A stretch of DNA of 64,000 nucleotides, from assembly GCA_963665095.1 (NCBI GenBank), contig OY762069.1:2688001-2752000 (forward strand), given 5' to 3'. Below the pieces are notes generated by a model, which was not told the DNA's origin, did no database searches, and worked only from the letters and a program-made list of their open reading frames with translations. This document shows positions 32,431-42,219 of this stretch, piece by piece. Made by a program: the position numbers and the translations under genes. Each line of letters begins with the position of its first letter. Position 1 is the first letter of the stretch. This DNA is from an uncultured Desulfobacter sp. GTDB lineage: Bacteria; Desulfobacterota; Desulfobacteria; Desulfobacterales; Desulfobacteraceae.

Positions 32431-32582
32431 GTGCCTGAACAAAAACCTCGTGTTTGGTGTTTGGACGAAAAGGTGCCCAGATGCAAGGCGCAAGCAAAGC
32501 TGCAACCGGAGCGTACTCCAGTACGTGAGGATTGCAGCTTTGTGCAGCAACGCCGCAGGTGGGTGACTTTTCGTTCAAACAC
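32431..32582. mobile_element. 152-bp MITE-like structured repeat flanked by TAATATA direct repeats
   Basis: Inverted ends gtgcctgaac/gttcaaacac; taatata at 32424-32430 and 32583-32589; core shared with 35974-36096. Confidence 0.75.
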
Positions 32583-33691
32583 TAATATAAAAAGCAGCGG
32601 ACAAACCGTTTATTGCCCATACTGGTCCGCGGCGGCATGGACCGGTTGCACTGTCCCGGCATAAATCTGGGACACCGGGGATGGAACGGACACCCCGAGG
32701 GACGTTCCAGCGGACTTGGGATATCTCCCGGCACCGGGGTCAGCCGTTTTTTAAGCCGGTCCAGCCGCGGTATGGCGTCCAGCAACCCCTGGGTATAGGG
32801 ATGTTTGGGGTCCCGGATCAGATCTTCGGTGTGCCCTCTTTCCACAATAATGCCTGAATACATGACAGCCACGGCATCTGCCACCCGGGCAATGAGCCCC
32901 ATGTCATGGGTGATAAAAATCACAGACATGGAAAACTCCTTTTGCAGATCCTTGATCAGCTCAATGATCTGGGCCTGGATGGTCACATCCAGGGCTGTGG
33001 TAGGCTCGTCAGCCACCAGAATTTTGGGCCGGGTGGCCAGGGCCACGGCAATCATGGCCCGCTGGCGCATGCCACCGGACAGTTCATGGGGATACTGGTT
33101 CACCCGCATGCCGGCATTGGATATTCCCACACGCGCCAGCATGTCCACAGCAACGTCCCGGGCCTGATTTCTGGTCATCCGCTTCTTTCCGGCGGAATCC
33201 ACCGCAGCGGACAATGCTTCAGTAATCTGAGCCCCCACCGTGGCCGTGGCAGCCAGGGGACTGTTCCCCCCGGCTCTGTGCTGCCGCACAGCTTCCACAA
33301 TCTGGTTGCCAATGGTATATACCGGTGAGAATGAGGCCATGGGCTCCTGGAAAATCATACCGATCTCTCCGCCCCGGATCTGCCGGATGGCTTTGCTGTT
33401 GGGGGAGAGGGCATTGAGATTGACAGGGTTGTCCGGCCCGTTGTTATAAAACAGAATCCGGGACTGGGGATCCACCACCGCGTTTCTGGGCAGAAGTTTG
33501 ACCATGGCCCGGGTGGATACACTTTTACCCGAACCGCTTTCCCCCACAATGCCCAGGGTTCTTCCCCGCCGCACCTCAAAAGAGACCCCGTCCACCGGGG
33601 TGATCAGCCCTTCATCCGTATGAAAGGAGACCCGAAGATCCTTTACATCCACCAGCAGATCTGCATCAGGCCGTGTTGAAACGTTTTCCAT
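32582..33691 (-). CDS. Peptide/nickel-family ABC ATPase (OppD/DppD-like)
   Basis: GESGSGKS, YPHELSGGMRQR and ADEPTTALD motifs; start at MENVS. Confidence 0.93.
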   Translation of the reverse strand: MENVSTRPDADLLVDVKDLRVSFHTDEGLITPVDGVSFEVRRGRTLGIVGESGSGKSVSTRAMVKLLPRNAVVDPQSRILFYNNGPDNPVNLNALSPNSKAIRQIRGGEIGMIFQEPMASFSPVYTIGNQIVEAVRQHRAGGNSPLAATATVGAQITEALSAAVDSAGKKRMTRNQARDVAVDMLARVGISNAGMRVNQYPHELSGGMRQRAMIAVALATRPKILVADEPTTALDVTIQAQIIELIKDLQKEFSMSVIFITHDMGLIARVADAVAVMYSGIIVERGHTEDLIRDPKHPYTQGLLDAIPRLDRLKKRLTPVPGDIPSPLERPSGCPFHPRCPRFMPGQCNRSMPPRTSMGNKRFVRCFLY

Positions 33692-33702
33692 ATTTAAAAC
33701 TA

Positions 33703-34863
33703 TTATCCCTGGGTAACGGAATAGGGATCTGCCGCATCCCGTAATCCATCCCCTAAAATGGTAAATGCCAGTACTGCCACCACCACAAACACTGCCGGAA
33801 TAAAAAACCATGGTGCCTGTTCTATGGCCCGGATGTTCTGGGCGTCCTGAAGCAGAATTCCCCAGGAGACACTGGGGGGACGAAGTCCTAACCCGATAAA
33901 GCTTAGGGCGGTCTCGCTTAGAATCATATAGGGAAAGCTGATGATGAGATCCACAATGATGTAGGAGGTGAAGCTGGGCAGAAGGTGACGGGTGATGATC
34001 CGGCCGGCCGACGCCCCGGACAGTTCAGCAGCCAGGACAAAATCTTCGCTGCGCTGGCTGAGCAGGTGGCTTCTGATACGCCGGGCCAGGGTGGGCCAGC
34101 CAATGAGCCCGAAGATCATGGTCATGGCAAAATAGACCTGGTCATTGGACCACTCCTTGGGAAAGGCGGCGGCCAGGCCCATGTACAGAGGAATGATGGG
34201 AATTACCCTGACAATCTCAGTCACTCTCTGGATGACATAGTCCACGGTGCCACCGGCATAGCCGGCAATGCCGCCAATGATCAGCGCCAGGACAAAGGCG
34301 GTAAACACCCCTAAAATGCCGATGGATAAAGAGGTACCCGTGGCAAAAAGGGTTCGGGAATACAGATCCCGGCCCAGCTCGTCTGTGCCGAAGAGATGAA
34401 TTTTTCCGTTTTCCACCCCGAACAGATGGATGTCCGTGTCTATAAGCCCCCACATCCGGTAGGATTCACCAGACACAAAAAATTGTATGTACCAGCGCGT
34501 GTCCGGGTCCTTCACGGCGATTTTACGAAGAGTCACCGGATCACGCCTGGTTGTCACACCCTGGACAAAGGGACGCAAAGAAAATCCCTTGTGGTCAAAG
34601 AACCTGGGAAGCTGGGGGCCGCCCTGCAGATAGGACATATCTCTGGTGGTAACGCCATAGGGCGCCATGAATCCGGAAAAAAGCCCGCAGAACCCCATGA
34701 CAAAAAGGACAAGGGCCCCGGCCATGGCAAGCCTGTGCTTTTTAAACCGCCACCAGACCAGCTGCCACTGGGAAGCGGTATAATATTTTAATTTCCCGGC
34801 ATCTTCCGCTCGTTTGGGTTCAAGGGGGATATGGCCGACTGTGGCTGCATCTGTTGCACTCAT
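33703..34863 (-). CDS. ABC permease (OppC/DppC-like)
   Basis: HLFGTDELGRD, EAA loop and LGDGLRDAADP motifs. Confidence 0.93.
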   Translation of the reverse strand: MSATDAATVGHIPLEPKRAEDAGKLKYYTASQWQLVWWRFKKHRLAMAGALVLFVMGFCGLFSGFMAPYGVTTRDMSYLQGGPQLPRFFDHKGFSLRPFVQGVTTRRDPVTLRKIAVKDPDTRWYIQFFVSGESYRMWGLIDTDIHLFGVENGKIHLFGTDELGRDLYSRTLFATGTSLSIGILGVFTAFVLALIIGGIAGYAGGTVDYVIQRVTEIVRVIPIIPLYMGLAAAFPKEWSNDQVYFAMTMIFGLIGWPTLARRIRSHLLSQRSEDFVLAAELSGASAGRIITRHLLPSFTSYIIVDLIISFPYMILSETALSFIGLGLRPPSVSWGILLQDAQNIRAIEQAPWFFIPAVFVVVAVLAFTILGDGLRDAADPYSVTQG

Positions 34864-34868
34864 GTTTT

Positions 34869-35864
34869 TTACGCTCCCTCCAGCTGAATTCTTGGGTCCA
34901 GGGCTGCCAAGGCAATGTCAGACACAAAATTCATCACCACGATGAAAAAGGTAAGCATGAGCAGGATGGCGCCTGCCACATACATATCAAGATCCAGGTA
35001 GGACTGGATAAGCAGTTCTCCCAACTCCGGCAGCCCAAGGACCAGCGCCACAATGGGCAGCTCAGAAAAGATCCGGTTCACGTCAAACCCAATGGTGGAA
35101 ACCACAGGATTGATGGCCAGGCGGGCTGGATACTTGAGCAGCACCTTCCATTCAGGAAGCCCCCTTGCCCTTGCTGCGGTCACTGAGAGTCGGTTCAGCT
35201 CGTCCAGCATGGTGGCTCGCACGGTCTGCAGCTGCAGGGCCGTGGCAGACCAGGCCAGAACAACGGCCGGAATCACCAGATGCTTGAGCATGTCCACCAT
35301 CTTGGCAAAACTGAAGGCGGCTTTTTCAAATTCCGGGGAAAAAAGACCGCCCACACTGGTGTCAAACATGGTCACCGCCACATAGAGCATTAACAGGGCT
35401 AAAAGAAAATTGGGCAACGCCAGGCCCAGATAGGAGAGGACAGTCAAAGAGTAGTCCACGGCAGAGTGCCGGTGGACTGCTGCATAAATGGCAATGGGAA
35501 TGGAGATCAGATAGGTCAGAATCAGGGTGGCATACAAAATGGCAAGGGTCATCCACAGGCGCTGACCAATGACGTTGTTCACGCTTGTTTCAAAGGCAAA
35601 GGATTCACCAAAATCAAAATGGGTGACAATACCTGACACCCACTGCAGATAGCGCTGCCAGGCCGGCCTGTCCAGACCGAAATCTTTGCGGATATTGTCG
35701 ATATCCGACTGGGTCACATTAATCCCGGTACCGGAATATTTCCGGAATGCATACCGGTCCGCATAATCCCCGGGCGGCAGCTCCATAATAATAAACACCG
35801 TAATGGAGACAAAAAACATGGTCATCACAAGACCAAACACCCGATGCGCTATAAATCGAAACAT
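34869..35864 (-). CDS. ABC permease (OppB/DppB-like)
   Basis: PGD, DFGES, ARARGL and LDPRI motifs. Confidence 0.93.
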   Translation of the reverse strand: MFRFIAHRVFGLVMTMFFVSITVFIIMELPPGDYADRYAFRKYSGTGINVTQSDIDNIRKDFGLDRPAWQRYLQWVSGIVTHFDFGESFAFETSVNNVIGQRLWMTLAILYATLILTYLISIPIAIYAAVHRHSAVDYSLTVLSYLGLALPNFLLALLMLYVAVTMFDTSVGGLFSPEFEKAAFSFAKMVDMLKHLVIPAVVLAWSATALQLQTVRATMLDELNRLSVTAARARGLPEWKVLLKYPARLAINPVVSTIGFDVNRIFSELPIVALVLGLPELGELLIQSYLDLDMYVAGAILLMLTFFIVVMNFVSDIALAALDPRIQLEGA

Positions 35865-35973
35865 AAAACCAATCTTTAATTATAGTTAAAACTTCCAGCT
35901 CACCCCACCCAGAGCGAAAACCAATCCAAATGAAAGGCGCAAGCCTTGAATTTGGACATGTAAAACCGTCCCG

Positions 35974-36096
35974 GGCGGGACGAGAATCTGTCCATATGCA
36001 AGGCGCAAGCGCGTCCGGAACCGCAGCGTACATCAAGTACGTGAGGATTCCGGACGCGCGCAGCAACGCCGCAGATGGGCAGATTATTGTTCCGCC
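35974..36096. repeat. Structured repeat related to the 32431-32582 element
   Basis: Shared core tgcaaggcgcaagc..aaccg.agcgtac..gtacgtgaggatt..gcagcaacgccgcag with different but self-complementary stems. Confidence 0.8.
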
Positions 36097-36097
36097 A

Positions 36098-38146
36098 TTA
36101 TTTCAAAAACCATTGGTAGGATCTGTAGGGATAGGTCCAGTAGTAGTCGTAGCTTTTAGCCCTGAACGTCTTATAGTTACCAAGGTCATCACGATACATA
36201 ACTGGATTGACCACCTCACCCACCGTACCGATCTTCCAAAGATTCTTCACATGGATATCCACAATCTGTTTGCCAAGTTTGTTGGACTCCGGAGTATTCA
36301 AGGGATACTGCATAAATTTTTCAGTCAGTTCATACAGTTTTTTCACGTCTGCAGGCGGTTCAACCCCGTCCTTTCCGCCGGATGTTTTCCAGGCAGCCCA
36401 GCCAAAACCAGTGCCCGGGTTAAAATAATCCCCAAAGGGCGGGATCATGGCGGTGACATCCTGGGAGATGGCCGGAGCGGAAATGCCGTCGTTTTTCCAG
36501 GTGGTCACCTCGAGCTCGTTGTTGTTTGCACCGGCCCGGTACTCATCAGAAGAGACCTCTTTAAGGTCAATGCGCACGCCAACAGCAGCCCAGTAATCCC
36601 GTGCCAGTTCGTGCAGTCTTACAGGGGTGCCCTGGTTGGAATAAAGCAGTCGGATCACAAGGGGTTTTCCGTCAGGACGTTCCAGAATACCGTCATTGTC
36701 TTTATCCGTAAGCCCCATCTCTTTGAGAAGCGCTTTTGATTTTTCGGGGTCATACTGAATGAACGCATTTTTCTGTTCATCTGTAATAAAGGATACGGTG
36801 GCAGGCTCAGCAGGAGTACTCTGCATGGGGGTGCCCTGGCCGAGGAAGACAATCTCATTGATCTCGTCACGGTTCAGGGCCAGGGACATGGCCTGGCGGA
36901 ACCGAAGGTCATTGAAAATCCTGGCCAGGACAGGATCCTTTACCGTGGTGTTAAAAGAGTAGAAAACATTCTCGCCCAGGGCCGGGGCCAGATACACATG
37001 GTAATCCCCCTTTTTCTCGTTTTCCTTAAGCAGGGGAAAGTCCTCAATGAACACGGCCTGCTCTTTAAAGGTGACTTCACCGTTGGTGATTTTCAGATTC
37101 TGGACTTCTTTGTCTTTTACATACTGTTCGTCAATCTCACTGATATAAGGAAGCTGGTTGCCGGCGGTGTCCACAATGTGGAAATAGGGATTGGCCACCA
37201 TGTGACGGCCTGTGGCGGTATCATCCACTACAATATGAGATTCGAGTGTCGGCACCACCTGTTTGTCAAAGCCGGACAAAAGCGGGGTGGGTACATCTTT
37301 CCAGTCAGATCCGCTGTAGTATTTTTTTAAGAGCTCCGCCGCATTTTTCAATCCCTTTTCCCTGGCCAGGTTTTCGGCATCGGCGTTATATTTCGGCATG
37401 AATTTTTTTAAAAAATGCATGGGCTGAAAGGGCTGGCCGAAATCCACGGCAAACCGGTTCAAGATACCCGGGGTGGGCACAGGGAAGGTAAATTTAACGG
37501 TCAGATCATCAAGGGCTGTTACTTTCATAGGTTTGCCGGCAAACAACCAGCGATCCGGAGTTTTTTCGTAAACATCCTTGTTCAGGATCAGATCGTTGTA
37601 CCAGAACACAATGTCTTTGGCGGTAAACGGTTCACCGTCAGACCATTTATGACCTTTTCTTAAGGTAATGGTCAGCTCGGTGAAGTCGCTGTTCCATTTC
37701 CAGGCCTTGGCCACGTTGGGAACAATGGTTTTCAAATCATCATGGTAGCGGACCAGATTGACGTGGCGGATGGACAGAAGATCCGAGGTGCCGGACTCCG
37801 TGGCTTTGGAAAGGCCTTTCAGCACGCCGCCGTATTTTCCGATTTCATGATACGGGGCCACCACCAGGGGCTCTTCAGGCAGCCGGTCTTTGACTGCGGG
37901 TAAAGAGGCAGGATTGCCTGTGATCATTTTATTGTACTTTGCAATATCCGGATTCTGGTTAAAAGAGAGTTTTGCTTTGGCCTGGGATTCAAATTCCCTG
38001 AGTTCAAACTGGCAGGGGAATTTGGATGAAAAGCCGTTCATGTTGTCGGCTGTCACGGAAGGAGCGGCCTGGACACCTGTGGCACCCAGAAACCACAACG
38101 CCCCTGCCGCAGCAATGGTGCGGGCAATCGCTTTTGTGAATCTCAT
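36098..38146 (-). CDS. Family-5 (peptide/nickel/oligosaccharide) ABC substrate-binding protein
   Basis: Signal peptide; LPAVKDRLPEEP, KWSDGEPFTA, GNQLPYI and FRQAMSLALNR motifs. Confidence 0.92.
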   Translation of the reverse strand: MRFTKAIARTIAAAGALWFLGATGVQAAPSVTADNMNGFSSKFPCQFELREFESQAKAKLSFNQNPDIAKYNKMITGNPASLPAVKDRLPEEPLVVAPYHEIGKYGGVLKGLSKATESGTSDLLSIRHVNLVRYHDDLKTIVPNVAKAWKWNSDFTELTITLRKGHKWSDGEPFTAKDIVFWYNDLILNKDVYEKTPDRWLFAGKPMKVTALDDLTVKFTFPVPTPGILNRFAVDFGQPFQPMHFLKKFMPKYNADAENLAREKGLKNAAELLKKYYSGSDWKDVPTPLLSGFDKQVVPTLESHIVVDDTATGRHMVANPYFHIVDTAGNQLPYISEIDEQYVKDKEVQNLKITNGEVTFKEQAVFIEDFPLLKENEKKGDYHVYLAPALGENVFYSFNTTVKDPVLARIFNDLRFRQAMSLALNRDEINEIVFLGQGTPMQSTPAEPATVSFITDEQKNAFIQYDPEKSKALLKEMGLTDKDNDGILERPDGKPLVIRLLYSNQGTPVRLHELARDYWAAVGVRIDLKEVSSDEYRAGANNNELEVTTWKNDGISAPAISQDVTAMIPPFGDYFNPGTGFGWAAWKTSGGKDGVEPPADVKKLYELTEKFMQYPLNTPESNKLGKQIVDIHVKNLWKIGTVGEVVNPVMYRDDLGNYKTFRAKSYDYYWTYPYRSYQWFLK

Positions 38147-38512
38147 GGTTTTACACCTCTTAGTTTTGTTTTTTAAATTGTTTGCACATCCCTGCACCAC
38201 GTTCGAGAATCAAGCTGTCACATGGTTTCGGGTTGCTATATTCAGGCAGTTTGAGGATATGGATGCAGAATTAGACAATGATTAGTCATTTATTTTGGTT
38301 TCATTACCAATAACTATAAAAATCTATAGAACCCAAAGCGTTCCTTATACCCAGACCTAAGCGTTCATAAGGAAAACTTTGAGTATTATAAGTTCGTATA
38401 ACTTACCCTAATGCGATAAAAATAATGGGCTAATCCCGGCCTAACCCGACCGGTGTAATTTTTTTTTTGTATTCAGGCCAACCTAAATATTTTAACCCTT
38501 TAACAGTAACCT

Positions 38513-39418
38513 ATGGAACAAATCTCCATCCAGCAGATACGGGTTCTGGATGCTGTGGCCAGGGAAAAAAACTTTTCCAGGGCTGCCCAGCGTCTGGGCA
38601 TCAGCCAGCCGGCAGTCTCCCTCCAGCTTCGGGAACTGCAAAAGCGACACGGGGTAAAGCTGTACACCCGAAGGGGCAAGGAAATTCACTTAAGCGACCT
38701 GGGCATGGACCTGGTAACCACCGGGCGCAAGGTTTTAGGCCTGCTCAGTGAAATGAACAATACCCTGAAGGAGTCCGCCGGGCTGTTATCCGGCAGGATT
38801 CACATCGGGCTCTCCTGCCACTATTTTGTCAAAGGCCTTTTGGCCAGGTATATGACACAATATCCCGGCATTAAAGTCCGGGCCAGTATCGGGCACTCCG
38901 CCTATCTTCTGGAAGAGGTGGCCGCCTGCCGGATGGATATTGCGGAAGTTACAGCCCTGTCTCCTGTTTCAGGACTGCACTGTTTTGACTACAGCCGGCA
39001 ACAGATCATTTTGTTTGTGGCAACCCACCACCCCTGGGCTGAAAGGAAGCGTCTCTCCATTCATGAACTGCATGGAGAAAAGATGGTGGCCCTGGACAAC
39101 GAGTCCATGACCCGCAAAATTTTTAATACCCTTTTGGAAAAACATCAGGTAGAACCCAATATCGTCCTGGAGCTGGACAACTGGGAGACCATGAAAGAGG
39201 TGGTGGCGGCCGGCATTGGTTTCGGCATTGCCCAGGAAGATGAATTTGGTCCGGACCCGCACCTGGTCAAAATTCCGCTGGAAGATGCCGCGTGCAGTGC
39301 CGTTCAATATTTTGTCTGCCTGCCTGAATACAAAGACCTGAAAGCCATTGCCGCGTTTCTGGATATCGCCCAGAAGGAAAAAGAGCTAAGGCGCCTGACA
39401 AAAGCCGGCATCACTTGA
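38513..39418 (+). CDS. LysR-family regulator, probable aminoethylphosphonate-catabolism regulator
   Basis: FSRAAQRLGISQPAVS HTH; directly upstream of phnX and phnW. Confidence 0.88.
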   Translation: MEQISIQQIRVLDAVAREKNFSRAAQRLGISQPAVSLQLRELQKRHGVKLYTRRGKEIHLSDLGMDLVTTGRKVLGLLSEMNNTLKESAGLLSGRIHIGLSCHYFVKGLLARYMTQYPGIKVRASIGHSAYLLEEVAACRMDIAEVTALSPVSGLHCFDYSRQQIILFVATHHPWAERKRLSIHELHGEKMVALDNESMTRKIFNTLLEKHQVEPNIVLELDNWETMKEVVAAGIGFGIAQEDEFGPDPHLVKIPLEDAACSAVQYFVCLPEYKDLKAIAAFLDIAQKEKELRRLTKAGIT

Positions 39419-39471
39419 AATTAATAAAATCCGGAGATCTGCCGGACTCATTCACTATGAAAGGAAATATA

Positions 39472-40326
39472 ATGACTCCGTTTATCAGAAAAAATTCATA
39501 TGCCGGCCCGGTTCAGGCCGTGGTACTGGACTGGGCAGGCACGGCCGTTGACCATGGATGCATGGCACCTGCCGCCGTATTTGTTGAGGTATTCAAATCC
39601 TTTGACATTGATGTGACCACGCAACAGGCCCGGATGTTCATGGGGGTTGAAAAAAAGGAGCATATCCGGAAAATGTGCGCCCTTGAACAGGTATCTGCAG
39701 CGTGGCAGGCAAAATACGGGAAAGCACCGGATGAAACGGATATCCAGATCCTTTATGACAAAACGTTTTCCCTGATGAACAAGGCCATTGCCGACAATGC
39801 CGAGCCCATTGAGGGCGTCATTGAAACCATGGATAAGTTACGGGCCATGGGGATTAAAGTGGGATCATCCACCGGCTACGTTTCCGGGATGATGGATGTG
39901 CTGGTGCCGCTGGCCGAAGAAAAAGGCTACCGCCCGGATGCCGTGTTCTGTTCCTCGGATGCCCCTGCGGGCAGGCCATGGCCCTGGATGTGCTACCTGA
40001 ATGCCATTACGTTAGGGGTGTATCCCATGGAGGCCATGGTGAAAATCGGTGATACTGTGGCAGACATTGAAGAGGGACTCAACGCCGGCATGTGGACCAT
40101 AGGTGTAACACGCACCGGCAATGAATTAGGCCTGCCGGCCGCACAGGTTGCAGAACTTGATCCGGAAACGCTGACACAGCGGCTGTCCGGGATTGAGGCC
40201 CGGTTCAGGCAGGCAGGGGTCCATTATGTCATCGAAAGTGCAGCGGATGTCCTGCCGGTGATTGAAGAGATCAACTCATGCCTTGCCAAGGGCCAGCTGC
40301 CGGGCCCCAACGGCGGTGTCAGGTAA
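39472..40326 (+). CDS. phnX: Phosphonoacetaldehyde hydrolase (phosphonatase)
   Basis: DWAGTAVDHG, MGVEKKEHI (Schiff-base Lys region), GRPWPWM and KIGDTVADIEEGLNAGMWT motifs. Confidence 0.95.
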   Translation: MTPFIRKNSYAGPVQAVVLDWAGTAVDHGCMAPAAVFVEVFKSFDIDVTTQQARMFMGVEKKEHIRKMCALEQVSAAWQAKYGKAPDETDIQILYDKTFSLMNKAIADNAEPIEGVIETMDKLRAMGIKVGSSTGYVSGMMDVLVPLAEEKGYRPDAVFCSSDAPAGRPWPWMCYLNAITLGVYPMEAMVKIGDTVADIEEGLNAGMWTIGVTRTGNELGLPAAQVAELDPETLTQRLSGIEARFRQAGVHYVIESAADVLPVIEEINSCLAKGQLPGPNGGVR

Positions 40327-40347
40327 CAGATAGAGCAGGAAAGAATT

Positions 40348-41463
40348 ATGGACGAAAATCAGCTTCCTGATAATCCTTACCTTTTGCTGACCCCGGGCCC
40401 CTTAAGCACAACCAAAACGGTGAAAGCAGCCATGTTGAGAGACTGGTGCACCTGGGACCAGGATTACAACGACATTGTCCAGGATATCCGGCACCGGCTT
40501 ACGGCCATGGCCACCCGGTCGCAAGGGTACACAACCATACTCATGCAGGGATCCGGTACCTTCTGCGTGGAGGCGGCCATTACCACAGCAGTCCCCGCTG
40601 ACGGCCGGCTCCTGATTCTTGCCAATGGTGCCTACGGGCTTCGCATGGGGAAAATCGCTGATATCCAGGGCCTGGACCATCAGATCCTGGACTCCGGAGA
40701 GCTGGCACAGCCGGACCTGCATCTACTGGATGACACCCTGGCCCGGGATCCTGCCATCACCCATGTGGCAGCCGTGCATTGCGAGACCACCACCGGCATG
40801 CTCAACCCGGCAAAGGAGATCGGCCAGATCGTTAAAAAACATGGCCGCATCTTTATCCTGGATGCCATGAGCAGTTTTGGCGGCGTGCCCATGGATATGG
40901 AGGAGATGGGCGCCGATTTCTTGATTTCCAGCGCCAACAAATGCATCCAGGGCGTACCGGGCTTTGGCTTTGTCATTGCCAGACAACAGATTCTGGCACA
41001 AACCAGAGGCCGGGCCAGGGCCTTAAGCCTGGATCTTTATGACCAGTGGCAGACCATGGAACAGGGCCAGGGCAAATGGCGGTTTACATCGCCCACCCAT
41101 GTAGTCCGTGCCTTTGCCAGGGCTTTGGATGAACTGGATGAAGAGGGCGGAGTCCTGGCCCGGTGGGAAAGATATGCATCCAATAATGTATTGCTCATAG
41201 AAAACATGAAGGCCCTTGGCTTTGCGCCGCTTCTTCCCCGGACCTGCCAGTCGCCTTTTATAACGGCATTTATAAATCCCGACCATCCGGCGTTTGAATT
41301 CAAGCGGTTCTACGAACTGCTCAAGGAACAAAAGTTTGTCATATATCCTGGCAAGGTAACTGCCCTGGACACCTTCCGCATCGGAAATATAGGCGATGTC
41401 CACACCCGGGATATCCAGGATTTGACCCGGGCCGTGAAAAAAGCTATGTTCTGGACTAATTGA
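40348..41463 (+). CDS. phnW: 2-aminoethylphosphonate:pyruvate transaminase
   Basis: LLTPGPL, HCETTTG, DAMSSFGG, SSANKCIQGVPG and WRFTSP motifs. Confidence 0.95.
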   Translation: MDENQLPDNPYLLLTPGPLSTTKTVKAAMLRDWCTWDQDYNDIVQDIRHRLTAMATRSQGYTTILMQGSGTFCVEAAITTAVPADGRLLILANGAYGLRMGKIADIQGLDHQILDSGELAQPDLHLLDDTLARDPAITHVAAVHCETTTGMLNPAKEIGQIVKKHGRIFILDAMSSFGGVPMDMEEMGADFLISSANKCIQGVPGFGFVIARQQILAQTRGRARALSLDLYDQWQTMEQGQGKWRFTSPTHVVRAFARALDELDEEGGVLARWERYASNNVLLIENMKALGFAPLLPRTCQSPFITAFINPDHPAFEFKRFYELLKEQKFVIYPGKVTALDTFRIGNIGDVHTRDIQDLTRAVKKAMFWTN

Positions 41464-41525
41464 AATTTAACTCAAACAGCAAGACAGGATACCCCTAAAG
41501 GCCCTGAAAATCCTAAAGAGAATTC

Positions 41526-41975
41526 ATGAAAAAAAATAAAGCGCCTTCCCCGGTACCAAAGGGCACCTATCTCATTGTCATGAGCCTTGACCGGGGCCGG
41601 ACTATTCCTGTGGGACGCCTGGGACCTGTTCATTTTAAAAAGGGGCATTACGTATACGTGGGCAGTGCCTTTGGTCCCGGCGGTCTGAAGGCGCGCCTGA
41701 ATCATCATCTCTCCCCCAAAACAAAACAGCACTGGCATATGGATTACCTGAACCTTCCTGTAAGGGAGATCCGGGTGTCTGATCACGAAACAAAACTTGA
41801 ACATGAATGGGCGCAAAAGCTTTCACAAAGTGCCGGCGGAATCGTCCCGGGATTTGGCTGTTCAGACTGCAGCTGCCCATCCCATCTGTTTTATTTTAAA
41901 ACGCTTAAGGCATGGGAAACTGCCCTGGCCAGGCTGTCCGCTGAATATCAGATCTCCTGCTGGACCACGCGATAA
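41526..41975 (+). CDS. GIY-YIG nuclease-family protein (DUF123-like)
   Basis: GTYL...YVYVGSA, HWHMDYL and GFGCSDCSCPSHL motifs. Confidence 0.85.
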   Translation: MKKNKAPSPVPKGTYLIVMSLDRGRTIPVGRLGPVHFKKGHYVYVGSAFGPGGLKARLNHHLSPKTKQHWHMDYLNLPVREIRVSDHETKLEHEWAQKLSQSAGGIVPGFGCSDCSCPSHLFYFKTLKAWETALARLSAEYQISCWTTR

Positions 41976-42219
41976 ACCCATTCCCATTGCATCGTTTGCC
42001 ATGAATGATTCTCTCCAATCCGTTTCTTTTTTGCACTGACCAGATAACGCAGCCATACAGAAAATTCGCCCCACTGTGAATGAAACTGCACAACAGGGGA
42101 AACCCTGTCAAATCTGCCATGGGCCTGGAGGAACTCGCAAGTATATTCATGGGACAGATAAGCCATCTGAATATTAAATACCGTTTGTCGCGGGCACGAT
42201 TATTTGCTAAACGTTCAAT

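Noticed and set aside
42192..42208. Sigma54-like GGCACGATTATTTGC upstream of the kinase
   Set aside because: GG-to-GC spacing is 11 nt rather than the strict 10.
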